A DNA stretch of 64,000 nt from the human T2T-CHM13v2.0 reference genome, Homo sapiens. This document shows, in pieces, positions 41,845-56,855 of this stretch; the stretch's first letter is position 1; every line of letters begins with the position of its first letter. Below the pieces are notes generated by a model. It had not been told where the DNA came from. It saw only the letters and a list, made by a program, of their open reading frames with translations, and did not search any database. Location of the stretch: assembly GCF_009914755.1 (NCBI RefSeq), contig NC_060925.1; one strand, written 5' to 3'. A program made the translations under genes and the position numbers.

Positions 41845-43819
41845 ATGAACTGGATATTTTTAAAGAGATTAAGCTACCCTGAATTTTTCAGGAAAAAATA
41901 CAGTTGATGTATTCTTCTACCTCCTAAGGTCACTGAGTTTTAATTAGCTTAAAACTTGCAACATTCAACTACTATTTACTGAATTCCTCTCATAGCTCAG
42001 GCCTTGTCCTTGATATATTAACTTATATGTTCTGTACAATCTCAAAAACAATCTTGCAGTTTTCATGAGGCATTTGTAGAGGCCTAATATGAAGGAATAT
42101 AGTGGGACATAGAGTATAGTGGATTTCTGTGGGTTTACCTGGCTTTGGTTACTGCTGTTGGTGTTAGAGAATTATGCATATCAAAGATAATGATGGTGCA
42201 TTTATCAGGAAAGAACAGAGCTACTATCGGCCACCAGAGACTAGCATGGGAGAGTTTCTGTAGGAGGTAGTGTTGATACAGACTCTTGAGAGGACACTGT
42301 GAAATTGGTATTTTCTGGGCTGACTTCACAGATGTTCACATATAACCATCCTGCCCACAGAGAGTTATGAAATAGCTATGTGAGTGCACAAGGTAGCTAT
42401 TGCGCAAACCAAAGTTGTCAGGTACTGCACATATTGTGAAGGGACTATGATGGGACACCGTGTGGTTCAAAGAGCACTGGTGCCCTGGTACATCCTGAGA
42501 GTCTTGGGGAGAAAAAGGGGAACACGCATTTGGGGGCCTGAAAGATCTTTCTCTCTGCTTGACTGCAGGGCAGGTTTCTGTCCCTCCCTGTTCCGTGGTA
42601 TAGATTTTGTCTTTTCCACATCAGTCCAGGTCTTCAGAGTCACTATGAATTATTATTACCATTTTAAAGATGAAGAAATTGAGCCTCAGTGAGGTTCAGT
42701 TAGCTAAAGGCACACAACTCTAATAAACTGACAGAATTCCAGGTTCTGATTTAAATTCTATTGCCCTCTCTTGAAAATAAACATGGACAGCTTATATGAG
42801 CTTTTGTGTATATATTTTCTGGTCTAAATCTGCGGCAGATATGTGTGTCTTTCTGCGCATGTATATAGTAGATCAAATATGTTAGCTCTATTGACATTTC
42901 TTAGAAATAAATATCCTGTTATCAATGATAGTGTTTACAAATTATTTATTTAGAACTTACCTCTTTTCAAGAAAAGGCCTTGTGATTGCTCTCTGCGAAT
43001 TATAATGCATGAGTATACCTCTTTGTTATTTTGTTTTGTTTCAGACAATTATCTCTGGTTGATGCAGATCACTTGGAGGCTTTTGGGGCTGTATATAACA
43101 GGTCAGAACATCTATTTAATGTCAAACTTTATCTACTAGGCAACTTGGAATTCTCAGCCAGCACCAAATATTCAAATCCAACTTCCACACCCCGACAACA
43201 GAGGGGTTCCGGGTGTAGGTGTAGTGCTGGTGCACCCATGAGGGTGTTTTTCAGGAATTCTGGAGGTGGTGCTGGAGAGAACACGCTTCTTCTACACGCG
43301 CCCCCTACCAGTTTGGTATGCACCTGCAGCCCCAAAGAAGAACTGGCGGGACTCGAGTGTGGCCGTGTCAGACGTGGCAAGAAAAACCAGCAGTTGCCTT
43401 TTCATCTCTTTTCTGATGATCTAACCATGAAGTCCCCAGTATTTGAGCATTTAAGGCAGAATGTAAATTCATAATTTAAGAAGATTTTTTGTTACGTGGC
43501 TAGCCCAGGTACTGACCGCTGCGGGGGCGGGCTCACACAGTTCCCCCGCTGGCAAGTTTTGTGACTTGCTTTGGAAAACCCGGGAATTGCACCCTCTGCC
43601 CTTGGCAAGGTGTGAGCTTCCAGGATCTCTCCGCTGCGACTTCGGGTGTTAGGGTTTTTGGGCTCTTTCCGGGACCCAAGTTCCAGGGCAAGAAGGTCTG
43701 CTCGGCGGCCCGCCTCGGGGCCCCGCCCACTTTGGCCAGGGTCGGAGCCGCCCGGAGCGGGAGCCGGAGCCCGAGCGGCCGCGGCCCCTTTAAGGAGCAG
43801 CTCTGCGGTAACCCGAGCC

Positions 43820-44054
43820 CGCAGTCCGGGCGGGCGCGACGGCCGCCGCGGTAGCTGGAGCCTCCGCGACTGCACCTCCAAGCGGCCCGGAACCCGCGGC
43901 TTCCCTGGCTCCCGTGAGCATCTCACCGGGCGGCACTGGCCAGCGCCAGCCCTCGGGCCGGCCCGGATGACCAGACTCCTGTAGACACCCGCCGCCCTCT
44001 CCCGGCTCGGCGCAGCCGCCGCCCGCGCGCGACTCGCCCCGGGACCCGGCACAG
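43820..44054 (+). other. TLCD4: Candidate non-coding first exon 1a (5' UTR); start approximate
   Basis: Lies downstream of the TATA-like and GC-box elements and ends at donor CAG|GTGACG (GT at 44055-44056). Its only ATG opens a 5-codon uORF. Confidence 0.55.
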
Positions 44055-44434
44055 GTGACGCCGTTTGGAGGGGGGGTTGGGGAGGAAGGCGGGCTTGCCT
44101 CGCCCCGCGGCTCCCCCGCGCCAGCCGCCAAGCGCAGCCCGCGGAGAGGGGTGCCGCGGCTTCCCGCCCCTGGCCTAGCGCGGCCGAGAGCTCCTGCGCC
44201 TGGAGGCTGGGTGGGCGTCCGGCGCGCGGGAGGCGGCCCGGGGCTCCCGGGCGGGCTCCGGCAGGTGTGTGCGGCAGGCTCAGCATCGTCCCCGCCCGGC
44301 GGGCCACGGCGTCGCTCCGGGAGCAAATGGTGTCCCGGGGCCCGCGGCCCCCGCGCCGCCCGGGCGCCCCGCATTCCTCTCGCGTTTCTCGGGCTGCACG
44401 ATTCCGGCTGCCCTGTCTGCCTGGCGGTGCCTCT

Positions 44435-44528
44435 CGGGTCTGAGCTTAAAGCGGGTGGGTGCAAACCTTTGGGCATCCAGGGAGAGCTTTCTTGTTAGAG
44501 CCCACACACAATCGGGCGCATCAAGTGG
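44435..44528 (+). other. TLCD4: Candidate alternative non-coding first exon 1b (possibly the TLCD4-RWDD3 readthrough start); start approximate
   Basis: Ends at a near-consensus donor TGG|GTAAGT (GT at 44529-44530) at the 3' edge of the CpG island; contains no ATG. Confidence 0.5.
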
Positions 44529-47500
44529 GTAAGTCCCCCTCCCCCGCCGCCACCTTCTGAAACAAGTAGCTCTTATTTACCCTTGCAGTTCTCAAGTGGG
44601 TCCCATTTTTAGCCACTGAGTGCTGAAAAGTCTAGTGGGAAGGGACCAGGCGGAGAGTCGGAGGGAGAAATTGGTTTCTATTTCCATCTTTACCTCTGTA
44701 ACCCCTAAGTGCCTCGGTTTACCCAGCCATGAAATGGGATTCGTAATGCCAGCAGTTTCCTACCCCTCCAAGACGGCAGAAAAACCTCTGTGAAAACACT
44801 TTGAGTCTAAATTCATTTAAGAGTCGCTGTTGCTGGTCTGTATATTTTTAATTGTACACACATTTGAGTGTTAATGTGGTGCACACTTTTATATGAAATT
44901 ATGAAATTTACTTTAAAGACTGATCTTGGATAATGTTTAATCCAAATACCAGTTTGGAGAAGATGGAAGAGTTTGTGTGGACCCTAGGAATTGATGTGTG
45001 AAATAGGAAAAAAGATTTAATAAAATCTTTACGCAGTCATAAATGGAGTTGAGAAAAATTGACCTTGGATTGTGGTGTTTTAAGTGAGTTACTCCCGTGC
45101 CAGCGCATGGTGTCGATTGAAATGTAGCTTCATCTTTGTGTAGCCGATTAAGGTAATAAGTTAGAGAATCCCAGCTCCCTTTTAATTGTGCTATATATGA
45201 GGAATTTTTATCCTTGCTTATCTTTTCCTTAAATTGGGCGAAACGAAATTAGAAAAGTGTATTCCCGCCGTGTTAGAAAATATGAAAGAATGGGTGAAGA
45301 ACCATGGATTTTAGTTTATTTGCCACGCCCCTCCTGTGCCATCTGATAACCCAGAGAATATTTTGAGGGTGCTTCTTTTTTTTTCTACGCCTGCAACTCC
45401 TTTTGTCCCATTACCTCCCTCTGGAGTTTGAATCTTTACTGTCCTCATCCTTGAGATGAATTTTATCTGTTTAGGCTGGATGCCTCTGACCCAGCTGCCC
45501 AATCAGTCATTATTTATTTACAGTATTAGATTTCCATTTATATTCATTTCACTCTAAGCCTTCTTTACCCTGGTGGAAAGAATAATGGGTCTTTGCTACT
45601 AATGCTTTATACTTGGAGGTGAACTAGGAATGGCATGCTCAAGGTGCTGAGACTAATGCAAACCCCAGGGAAGCTAGGTCTTCACTGGAGTCTTCTGAAT
45701 AGGTCCTGGAGTACAGATGCAAGAGTTGGCCTGTCTTTTCCTTGATTTTCTGAAATCTCCACTGGGTAAATTCATCTGATTGCCAAGGGAAGTCTTATGA
45801 GCAGGGAGCTATCAGAAATCTGAGTGTTAGACTGATTAAGAGCCTTCCCTGCAAAAGACTGGGGAGAAAGAAGTAGTGGCTTTGTAGGTGTTGGAGAGTC
45901 CTCCCTGTAACCAGATAACTAGTAGGAAGTAAAGGATCCCTAGATTCCCAATTGAGAAATGGGAAAGGGGCTGGGTTTCAAAAGGGAAGTGGCACAGCTT
46001 CTAGGCAGGTTTGGGAATGTACCTGAGGTTTGATGGGCCCTTCTCCCTCTTTCTCTTTGAGAGTGTTTCTGGCTCCTCAGAGTCAAGCACAGCTGTCTTA
46101 ACAGTTTTCAGACCTGTTTACTCTCCTCTTTGGTGCTCTAAAGGAGGCCCAGCGTTCATGTTCCTCTCTCAAAGCTGGTCTTGCATGTATTAGAGGAAAA
46201 TGGGCAGTTTAGTTTGTAAGAAACTCTTTAGACCTCAGTGTCTCTCCCCACCCTTCTTTCCAAATTAGTCCCACATCCTACAGATTAAGGATTTGTTTGG
46301 GCTTCAATATCTCAAACTGGGATACTCAGTTTGGCTGAGAAGAGTAAACTGAACAGTCTACACTAAGATATGAAAAGCTAGCTTTTCTGTTAAGGAAGAT
46401 AATGAATTAATTGTCTGGGTGAGAATTATGGGCATTTGGACAAAGGAGGGCCAGACTGGGGGTGGAGTTGTGCTGGACAACTTGTGCCCTCGTCCTTGAG
46501 AGAGGAAAGGATACCACCAAACTAGTGCAGTCACCCTGTTGTGCTTTTTCTTCTTCCATTTGCCTTGAGAGAAGAAGAAGATAGCAGTATGGAGGTGGAG
46601 TCACCATCTGTTCTCAAGGATGGGAAACAGACTTTAACTGAACATTAGGAATGAGCTGTATTCACCTGGCATTGGTATCAGGCGCTGGATGGATTACACC
46701 AGAGAATACATTACATTAGGAAAGTAAGGCTAATTTTGTAAGAAAGTCTAGGTATTTCCAGAGTGACTTTAGTGGTATTTTTTCTTGTTGAGGATGAAAG
46801 GTTGCACACAAAGAAATGGAGGCCTACTGCTCTGAGGCTTGTTATTCCTGGTGAGACAGTTGGATGTGCTGCAAGCAGATCCCAGACCTGATCAGGCAGG
46901 ATAAGGCAGGAATAGCAAAAGGTGTTTCTTTGTTCAGAACATTGGTCTGTTCACGGAGAAGGCAATGGATATATAAGAAGGAGCTTCTGAACTGGTGTAA
47001 AAGGCCAAAGCTTTTGAAAACAGCCAACGAAGAAGACACGTGGAAGGCTGTTCAGAGCTTGAGCCAGCACTGGAGGAAGGGAGTCCCAGACAGCGGGACC
47101 AATATCATGGGTGGAGTTTGAGTAGGTGGACAAACGCTTGTCTAAAGCAGTGTTTCAAACATTTTCAGACTACAACAGTACAAAATGCATTTTTACACTG
47201 AGACCCAGGGCATAGCAAGTATATGTGTATGTGAAACTAGTTTCTATTTCTATTGAATTTCTGTTTCTAGTCTGTGTTCTTAAAAACTCATAACGTGTTA
47301 GTGGATCACAGTCCACTATTTGGAAACCACTTTTCCAATGGGTAGAAAAACAGGTTGCAGTGGAGCAGGCTGGGCGGAGGGGGATTGGAGATACTGGAGG
47401 AGGTGTGGGGAGCATAGAATTGATTGAGCACTACCTGGACCCCTGTCGGTGGGAGAGAAGGCAGTGTAGAGACTCATCTTGTGTCTGACAGGTGCAGAAC

Positions 47501-47776
47501 TCACATAGATGAAATGATGGGACAGATGCAGAAGAGGGGACTTTCCACCAGTTCTACTTACTTCAAAGCAAAATGATTGGCTTTAAGGAAAAGGAAACGT
47601 GCAAGGAGTGAACTTGGATATGTAAGCACATTTCTTTAGAGCAGTAAGATTTTTGTCTGTACGCTTAATGAGGAGACAAAAGGACCCAGAACAAATTGGC
47701 TGATGAATTCAGGTCATGTCCACTTTCATGGCCGGATAGGGAGCAGAGGGGCTAGTAGTGCAGGGAGGGTGAGTAG

Positions 47777-48206
<430 letters not shown>

Positions 48207-48519
48207 TGAAAAGTATTCTTATTACATTTTATAAAAGGGCTAGCCTGTCAGGACTTCCTTAGAAGTATAGATCTGTGATCAAATTCCAATCATCATTTGT
48301 AGCCTTTGGGGGTCATCTAAACAGCTTCTTGGAGAAACTGATGAGGCAACCAGCAATTGTGAGTTAATTCCAGTATTTGCCCTGGAGTTAATCAAGGGCA
48401 GAGTCTTAATCTGTAGTTAATCTGTAGGCTTTTGATTTCCTTTTCATGACTATCAACATCTGGTTACAACACCGAACACTCCTAGCAGCAAGAAAAGCCT
48501 GGAGGAAAAGTACACAGGT

Positions 48520-48818
48520 GGCTGGCGTGGTGGCTCACGCCTATAATCCCAGCGTGGAGGTGGGCAGATCACCTAAGTGAAGAGTTTGCGACCAGCCTGG
48601 CCCACCCACATGGTGAAATGCCGTCTCTATTGAAAAAAATACAAAAATTAGCCACACATGGTGGCATGTGCCTGTAGTCCCAGCTATTCGGGAGGCTGAG
48701 GCCAGAGAATCGCTTGAACCTGGGGGCAGAGGTTGTAGTGAGCCGAGATTGTGTCACTGCACTCCAGCCTGGGCAATAGAGTGGGACTCTGTCTAAAACA
48801 AAACAAACAAAACAAAAC
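48520..48818 (+). mobile_element. AluS with left-arm deletion
   Basis: TSD aaaagtacac(a/g)ggt. Confidence 0.9.
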
Positions 48819-49410
48819 AAAAGTACACGGGTATCAGAGTTCACCCCAGCACGTTGCTTAGTGACTGCTTGCTTTTATCATTGATATTCCGACCTAGTTG
48901 CAGCCTCCCCTTGACCTGACCCTGCCTTATCAGATTTTCTTACCTTAGTTGATGTTTTCAGTGTTTGACTTCACCCTTCCTCAGCTGTCTGGTATTTATC
49001 TAATGCTTTCAACTCTGGTTTCTCTGTTATCTCTGACAACTCTCCCCCTATCCCCCACCAACTGCCTTGTGGTGTCCACCTGACTCCATGGAGCTCAATT
49101 CTGGGTCCTGGCTTGTGACATGTTACTATTCATTGAATTCTGCCATGGCAAACTCTAGGAAAAACTGCACATTGATGAGTTTATGCATTTATTAATTTAA
49201 CTTTAAAATTTTGGGGACCTGGAGAAACTTTCTTGGTCAAATTAATTTTAATTAGTTTTCTCCAAATAGGCTGAAAAAATCTTTGAAAAATTAAACTTCT
49301 CTCTATATCTGTATTTAGTGGAATGGGAGGAAGAAGGAATTTTCATTTGATGAAAAAGTTTGAAAAATTTACAAGTTCTTTTTATAAAGTGTTACTTTAT
49401 GGACATGATT

Positions 49411-49546
49411 TTTTTTTTTTTAAAAAGAGAAATAGGGTCTCACTGTGTTGCCCCAGGCTGGTCTTGAACTCCTGGGCTCAAGTGAGTCTCCTGCCTTGGT
49501 ATCCCAAAGTGCTGGGATTACAGGCCTGAGCCACTGCGCCTAACCC
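49411..49546 (-). mobile_element. FLAM_C
   Basis: Monomer; TSD ggacatgatt. Confidence 0.88.
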
Positions 49547-52306
49547 GGGACATGATTCTTAAAACTAGTCTTGCTCAATTAACATGTTTTGCTCCATTAC
49601 ATGTAAAAATATTGAGACAGGAATTTAATTAAATGCTTTGTAATTTGTTACATGTAAGGACTTATAAAGACTACAGCTTTGTTTAGAATGAGGTTTCCTT
49701 CCCTTTTCATATTTTTTAAACCTGTGTGAGTGCTCCCAAACAGATCAATTTCTTACATGCCCTATGGAAAAGTGGAGGAATCCAGGGCAACATAAGGATG
49801 AAAGGGTGAGGCCAAGAGGAAGGCTTGATCACCTGGAGCCAGAAGAAAGAACCAAACCTTTAAGACATATTTAGCATTTTGAAGATTTGAGAACACTTTA
49901 TAGTCACAGGCCTCTAAATGTTTAGTGTTTTTTTAAATTGCAAAAGTAAAACTAGCTCATTACAAAAAAATTATAAATGATCAATATTTAAGAGAATGAA
50001 AATTCACCTCTGCTTCCTCTTCCAGCTCCCACCCTGGCTAGTTTCACTCCTAAACACACCTAGTTATCAGTTTTGGGGGTAAGGCCCTCCAGACGTTTTC
50101 TCTACAAATGGCAAAATGTGCCCAGAGTTATTTAGTTTTGAAAAATTTATTATTTTGCAGCTTGCTTCTTTTATCACCTTTTTCATTTAAATGTCAATAA
50201 CATGTGATAGTATACATATAACCATATTTCTATTGGTGGACCTTGAAGTTACTTCTAATAATGTTTTGATAAACACTCTTATAAATACTGTATATCTTTT
50301 CAAACTTGTGTGAATTTTTGAGGGTAAAAGACCAATTCATTGGCATACTGCTTATTTTATAATTCGGGTAACACAGTGTTATCAACATTTACATATTCTG
50401 CTATTTAATTCCCCAAATATTCACTCAGCAGTGAAAGCGCAGCGTTAGATGTTATGGGGATTTCAAGGTGGGGCAATGCATCCTCCTTACCTACAAGAGG
50501 TCACTCTCTGATAGGGGGATTAGGCATGCACATTGACTATAGTATCTTTAGTTTTATTTATATTCCCCTTTGTTTCAAACAGGATTTGGGATTTTTTACA
50601 AAGATGCATATGATATGACAAGATAAAGTATATTTAGTATAAAGAAGGAAAAGAAGATGGAAGTATAAGTGAGGCTGGTTAGTGTATTTCGAAGTCCTGT
50701 TCTTTCCTTACTAAAAGTTCTGGCTATAAGCTTTCCAGCAGCAAAGAGAAGAGGCAAATGATCTATAACAAGCTTCAGGGTGTCCAGAAGAGAAACCAAA
50801 TCAGAGAAGCACACCTATTCCTGATTCCAGAAGGCGAGAAAAATTTTCTCCTTTGGGTTTTCATTAAGAAAACACTATATTTGCAATGGCCACATCCTGA
50901 ACAACCTTCCCAGTATCTTACAGTAAAACCTAGTGACTTTGCCTTACGATGCCATCTCATATCATGTTGCCCAGTGCTAGCCAGGGGTATCATGCCATGG
51001 CACTGCTCAGTGAAAGGTCAGTAGGGTGAGGTGTAGGTTCATGGGTTTAATCCAGAAATAGCTTTAAGAGGACCTAAAGGGACACATGAGCAATGAAAAA
51101 TAGCAATGTGATCTTGTTTCTGGATAATTTTTCCACAAAGTAGTATAGAATATACAATTTCAGTGGAATTGCTATGAGTAAAACCTACAGAATACTAAGC
51201 CTGTAACTTTTGAAATCAGAAATGAGGAAGTTTTAGATGGCATTAACTTAATAGAACTATAGCACTGGCTGGGCAAAATATTTTTCTAAAAAAAAAACAA
51301 AACAACAAACACCACCACCCTGTACTTGGTCCACACAACAAGGATGGTACTTAATCAATCCCGTAAGTTAGAAAGGATTAGAGCCACCATTCTAAGAAGT
51401 CTTGATAGCATCTTCAAGATTAAACTTGTTAATAGGTTATACAGTGTGAGAATGTCATCAGGGCTTAGAGGTCTACCAGGTGGGTCAGCTTGACCCTGTT
51501 TCATAAAGCCAGGAAGAATTCACTTCCCATGAGTTATCTGGATCTGAACTTCCATGACCACATTCACCAAATTCTTGCCTTGGGAATGTTGGCCTAAAAC
51601 AGTTCTTCATTATCAAGTCTGTGGGCCAAGCTTAGGTTTTTTTTATGTGACTTACTACACCTGAATTTAAACATGAGGTTGAGGCTACCTGAAGTTTGTG
51701 ATGTGATGAAGGCACATCTGATTCGTTTTGCACATCACCTTACTAAGCTGTGAAGTAGTTCAAGGAAACATGTCACCATATCTAGATTTTTTGACTGTCT
51801 GGCAGTATCAAACCTGAATCAGGTAGATAAGTATCATGTTTATTGGGAAACAGTGCAGTTGGGACCAGTTTTAGGCAATGGCAATCTTATGGGAAGAGCT
51901 TAGAAAGGAAACCACTGTCAAAGTAGCTCGAGTAGAATTTTTATCTTTTAAGACTAGTCAAGAGGAGGAGGGAAAGAGTAGATCAAGGAGTTCCATTTGT
52001 AACTGTGAACAATCAATGGAGACAACTCACTACCTTCAGACTAGCCCTCGGGTAGAGTGGACCTTAGGTAACAAAAGGCCACCTAGAGAATTTAGAAACT
52101 CCTTGGCTGTCTTCTCATTTTGGCCACCAAATTATCCGGTCAGATCATAGGTATAAACAAGCTGCAGGGCCCTTAGGCCAAGGGTTAAATCAAGAGGGAA
52201 ATGATCACATTCCTTCAAATATAGAATATAATATTCCTGTATGATTTGGCATGACTGGAGAAATATTAAATAGGTGTAACATTTCTTGCTTAAGAAAGGG
52301 CTGGTA

Positions 52307-52907
<601 letters not shown>

Positions 52908-52914
52908 TTATTGA

Positions 52915-53425
52915 GTCGTCTTTTAATCTGTTGCCAAATAAACCATCCATAGACCCTAGTAGCTTGAAACAGTGATTTATTATTTCCTGTGATTCTGTGG
53001 GTTGGCTAGGTAGTTACTGTGTTGGTTACAGGTTCACTCAAGTGGGTGCCTTCAGCTAAAGGGTTAGCTGGGCTGAAGGATCCAAGATGGCTTGCCAGCA
53101 TGGCTGGTAGTTGATACTGAGTGTTGGCTGTCAGCTGGGCAACCTCAGTTTTCTCATTGTGGCCTCTATCTACCATCCTCTGGTAGACTAGACAGGCTCC
53201 TGACATGATGGTCTCAGGGCAATTTTCCAAGATAGTGTTTTTTAAGTCCTACCTAGGCTCTAGAACCATCAAAGCCTCTCTTCTGTTGTATTCTCTTTGT
53301 CAGCAGTTGGCAAGGCCAGCCCAGGTTCACAGGGCAGAGACATAGACTCCACCTCGGGATTGGGGGCCTGGCGTGGCAGTGTCATTGTTGCAAAGGAATT
53401 TATGGCCACTAAATGGTTTACCACA
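52915..53425 (-). mobile_element. MLT1K/L-like MaLR LTR
   Basis: tgattctgtgggttggctagg...tccaagatggctt...ggccagcccagg...tagactccacct...ttaccaca. Confidence 0.7.
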
Positions 53426-54409
53426 GGTGACTACATGTACTAGGAACTGTGCTTGGTGCATTTAACAGATTATCTCACTTAAGCCACATAACTATCTTGC
53501 CATTAGGCATTCTCATCCCCATTTTAAAGAACCCGCAGGTCACAGAGGTTGTGTTGTTCTTGCCTGAGGCTACTTGGTAAGTATTGGAACTAGGCTTTGA
53601 CTCTAGGTATCTCTCCAGCTGAGCGGCATTCATCTTAAGAACCCAACAAGTGGGAGACATATGCTAACTTGTTCTTCAGCCCCTCTAACTCATTTAATAC
53701 CACTTCCTTTCCTGTGGGGAACAGCCACAAGAAGAAAAAAAGAAGGCAGCAGGCAAAGCCCTACCTTAGCCACTTCCCTTATCCTAAGGACTTTCCAGGG
53801 TTAATGAGATCCATGATTTGGAGGTGAGAAGAACTTCCCTGACTCCATAGGTTCTGACTTCCTAGGTAGCTTGGCGGTGACTGAGTGATCCCTTTAAAAA
53901 AAGAACAAAATATATTTGGGGAAAATCATGCTTTGTCCAGGTTTTCCTTGAGTTCACAGAGTTGGCAAAAAGCCATGAGATGTTCCAAGCCAAGAGCTCC
54001 TTTTGTGATCCCTCCAGGAAGGGAAGAGCAGTGATATGGAAATAAGTACATTAGATGCCAGGTGGAAAAGGCAGTCTGTAGAACCTCTCTCTTTTTTCCC
54101 AAGAGTCTCCCCAGACAGTAGAGAGCCACCTGGTCTCTGCTTCAGCTTCAGGGACTCTTCCTAGCATAGACTTCTTCCAAGGCTGGAGTCCAGTGTTTTG
54201 TTTGAAATGTTGATTTCCTTGAAGGTGGGCTCTCAAGCTGTATAAGCTTCAAAACCGTTACTTTTTATTTGTGCCAGCTACTATATTAATTTGACCTCCC
54301 AATTACTATTGTCTCCTGGCTGAAGGCATTCTGATTTATCCAAAATCCAATGGCTGTAATTGTAACTCATAGGTTGAAAAACAAAGATTTCTTTATAAAA
54401 GTTTTAAGT

Positions 54410-54535
54410 GAGTCTGTAGTCCCAGATACTAGGGAGGCTGAGGCAAGAGAATTGCTTGAACCTGGGAAATGGAGGTTGTAGTGAGCCGAGATGGTGCCAC
54501 TTTCTAGCCTGGGCGAAAGAGTAACACCGAAAAAA
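54410..54535 (+). mobile_element. Alu right-arm fragment
   Basis: ctgtagtcccag...gaggctgaggcaagagaattgcttgaacc. Confidence 0.85.
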
Positions 54536-55894
54536 GTTTTCGGTGGAGTGAGATGCTAGGGAGCAACATTTGTCACGTAAATCACATGTGTACTCTGAGG
54601 CATAAGGCCTAGAAAATGACCTGAATTTCCTAAGGGTAGAATTCTTCAATAAGTTTGGAGTTGAGAAGCAGAGGAGCTGAAGGGAGAGATGGAGAAGGCC
54701 TTTTTCTTTTTGGCTTCATTCTGCTTGTTAAGCATTATAAAAACAAACCCCAAGTAAAGGAATAAATGTAAATGAAATAAAACATTTAAAATGAGACAAA
54801 AGATAAAAAGTTGATGCAAAATAGATGAATTATGTCAGATTTAATTTATTTTTAAATTAAAAGCTAGAACATGTAAATGTAAGCTAAGAAAATAGGAATA
54901 AAAGTTTTGTTAAAATCCAGTTAAAATTACTGTACCTATAATGGAAGGGAGAACTAGTTAGGTGTTGTGGATACCAGTGGGAGAAATGATTTCTTGGAAC
55001 AGCAGGAATTTTCAGGGAGGGGTTAAAGAGGTGGGATAGCCTCCTACCCTTGCTGTGTCAGAATATCTTGGTGTAGGGACTCTCGGTTGTTTGAAAAATC
55101 TATATCAACAGAACTCTTTTGCTCCCGCAAAACAAACTATAGAAATTCCTACAAGTAGAGAAGACTTTGTAGTCTAAGCAGAATTGTATGTGTGTGTGTG
55201 GTGGGGGTGGCAGGGGAGCCTGGGATATGAACATTTTAAAGGCACTTAATTGGATCAGAGAAAGATTCCTGGAAGGCATTTAGTATAGGATGTACAAGGA
55301 AAGATAGGATTATGACAGGAAAAGAAAAGTCTTAGATTAAAGAAATGTGTAGCAGAGTTGTGACTCAACTGTCAGATCGGTTTTCTGAGCTTTGGTAGCA
55401 AGGTGGGGCCACCCCCAGCCTTTGAGTATGGATACTTTTTTGCTGAGAGTGGATGACACAGAGCTTAGTTTAGAGAACAGGGGTTAGCCTCCTTCCTAAT
55501 CTAATGTCTGTGGTTGTAATTATTATATACAATTATGAGAAAAATAAAGGTCTATTAGAAATGTGTGAAAAGTTAAGCTTAAATATTTTGTTCTTTGTTA
55601 TAATCAAAACAATCTGTAATCCAAAAAGATTGTTTCAAGGAGGTGTCAGTTGCCAGGGTCTGTAGCAGGCAGAATTGATCAGTTTCTCTTTAACTTGAAC
55701 TCTGTTATGTACTCTTGGAGGAGTAAGGGCTGAAGAAATAGGAAATAGAGAATAAAAATATAAAGGATACCCTTTTTCAAAGTTCAGTATTTTAGTCGAC
55801 AGGGAGGAACCATAGAGAAATCTTTTCTATAGCCATGAGCAATTCCTTGTTAAACCTTAAGTAATATCATTTATCTTTGAAAGGGAGTGTAACA

Positions 55895-56197
<303 letters not shown>

Positions 56198-56574
56198 TTA
56201 TATGAACATAGGGCTTCTTCACCTTTCCTAGCTTGGTCTTCTTTTCCTCCCATTTGGTTCAATTTAAAAAGCAGTACCATGAATATTAGAGGATTTATAG
56301 AAATTGGGTTGACTTTTATGCAGCTGGCTTCCTGTAGACTTTTACACTCACGATAATGGTTCTTTAACTTGATGCTCAGAAAAGAAAAAGAGGTGGAACA
56401 TTTTCTTCATATTATCCTCCTAAGTCTTTTTCCCTATATGTCTCTTCACATACAATTAAAACAACAAAAAGCAAAAACTATAACTGCAGTTAGCTGAGAG
56501 CTTTATATACATTCTTTTAGATGCTTAACAATTTTTACATGATGGAAAAGTCGAAAATGAGTAGTTGACATTCT

Positions 56575-56855
56575 TTTTCTTTATTTTATTTAATTTATTT
56601 TTTTTTGAGACAGAATCTTGCTCTCGGCTCACTGCAGCCTCCGCCTCCCAGGTTCAAGGGATTCTCCTGTCTCAGCCTTCCGAGCAGCTGGGACTACAGG
56701 CACGTGCCTCCATACCCAGCTAATTTTTTGTATTTTTGGTAGAGACGGGGTTTTACCATATTGGCCAGGCTGGTTTCAAACTCCTGATGTTGTGATCCAC
56801 TGGCCTCGGCCTCCCAAAGTGCTGAGATCACAGGCATGAGCCACAGTGCCCGGCC
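56575..56855 (-). mobile_element. AluS with internal deletion
   Basis: Junction ttgctct|cggctcactgc. Confidence 0.9.

Larger units (their letters stand above)
43490..44560 (+). promoter_or_regulatory. TLCD4: CpG island promoter, probably of TLCD4 (TMEM56)
   Basis: About 1.1 kb of very GC- and CpG-rich non-repeat sequence in a CpG-depleted window. GC boxes at ~43523 (ggggcggg) and ~43721 (ccccgccc), TATA-like TTTAAG at ~43788, two downstream splice donors. The CpG island is clear; the gene identity comes from recollection of the locus layout and was not checked. Confidence 0.75.

Noticed and set aside
43515-43532. CTCF-like motif tgaccgctgcgggggcgg
   Set aside because: Spacing does not fit the CTCF core; better read as a GC box.
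43492-44532. Long ORFs on both strands of the CpG island (271, 228 and 147 aa)
   Set aside because: Low-complexity Arg/Pro/Gly/Ala translations expected from stop-poor GC-rich DNA; no recognisable domain, and several begin at non-ATG codons.
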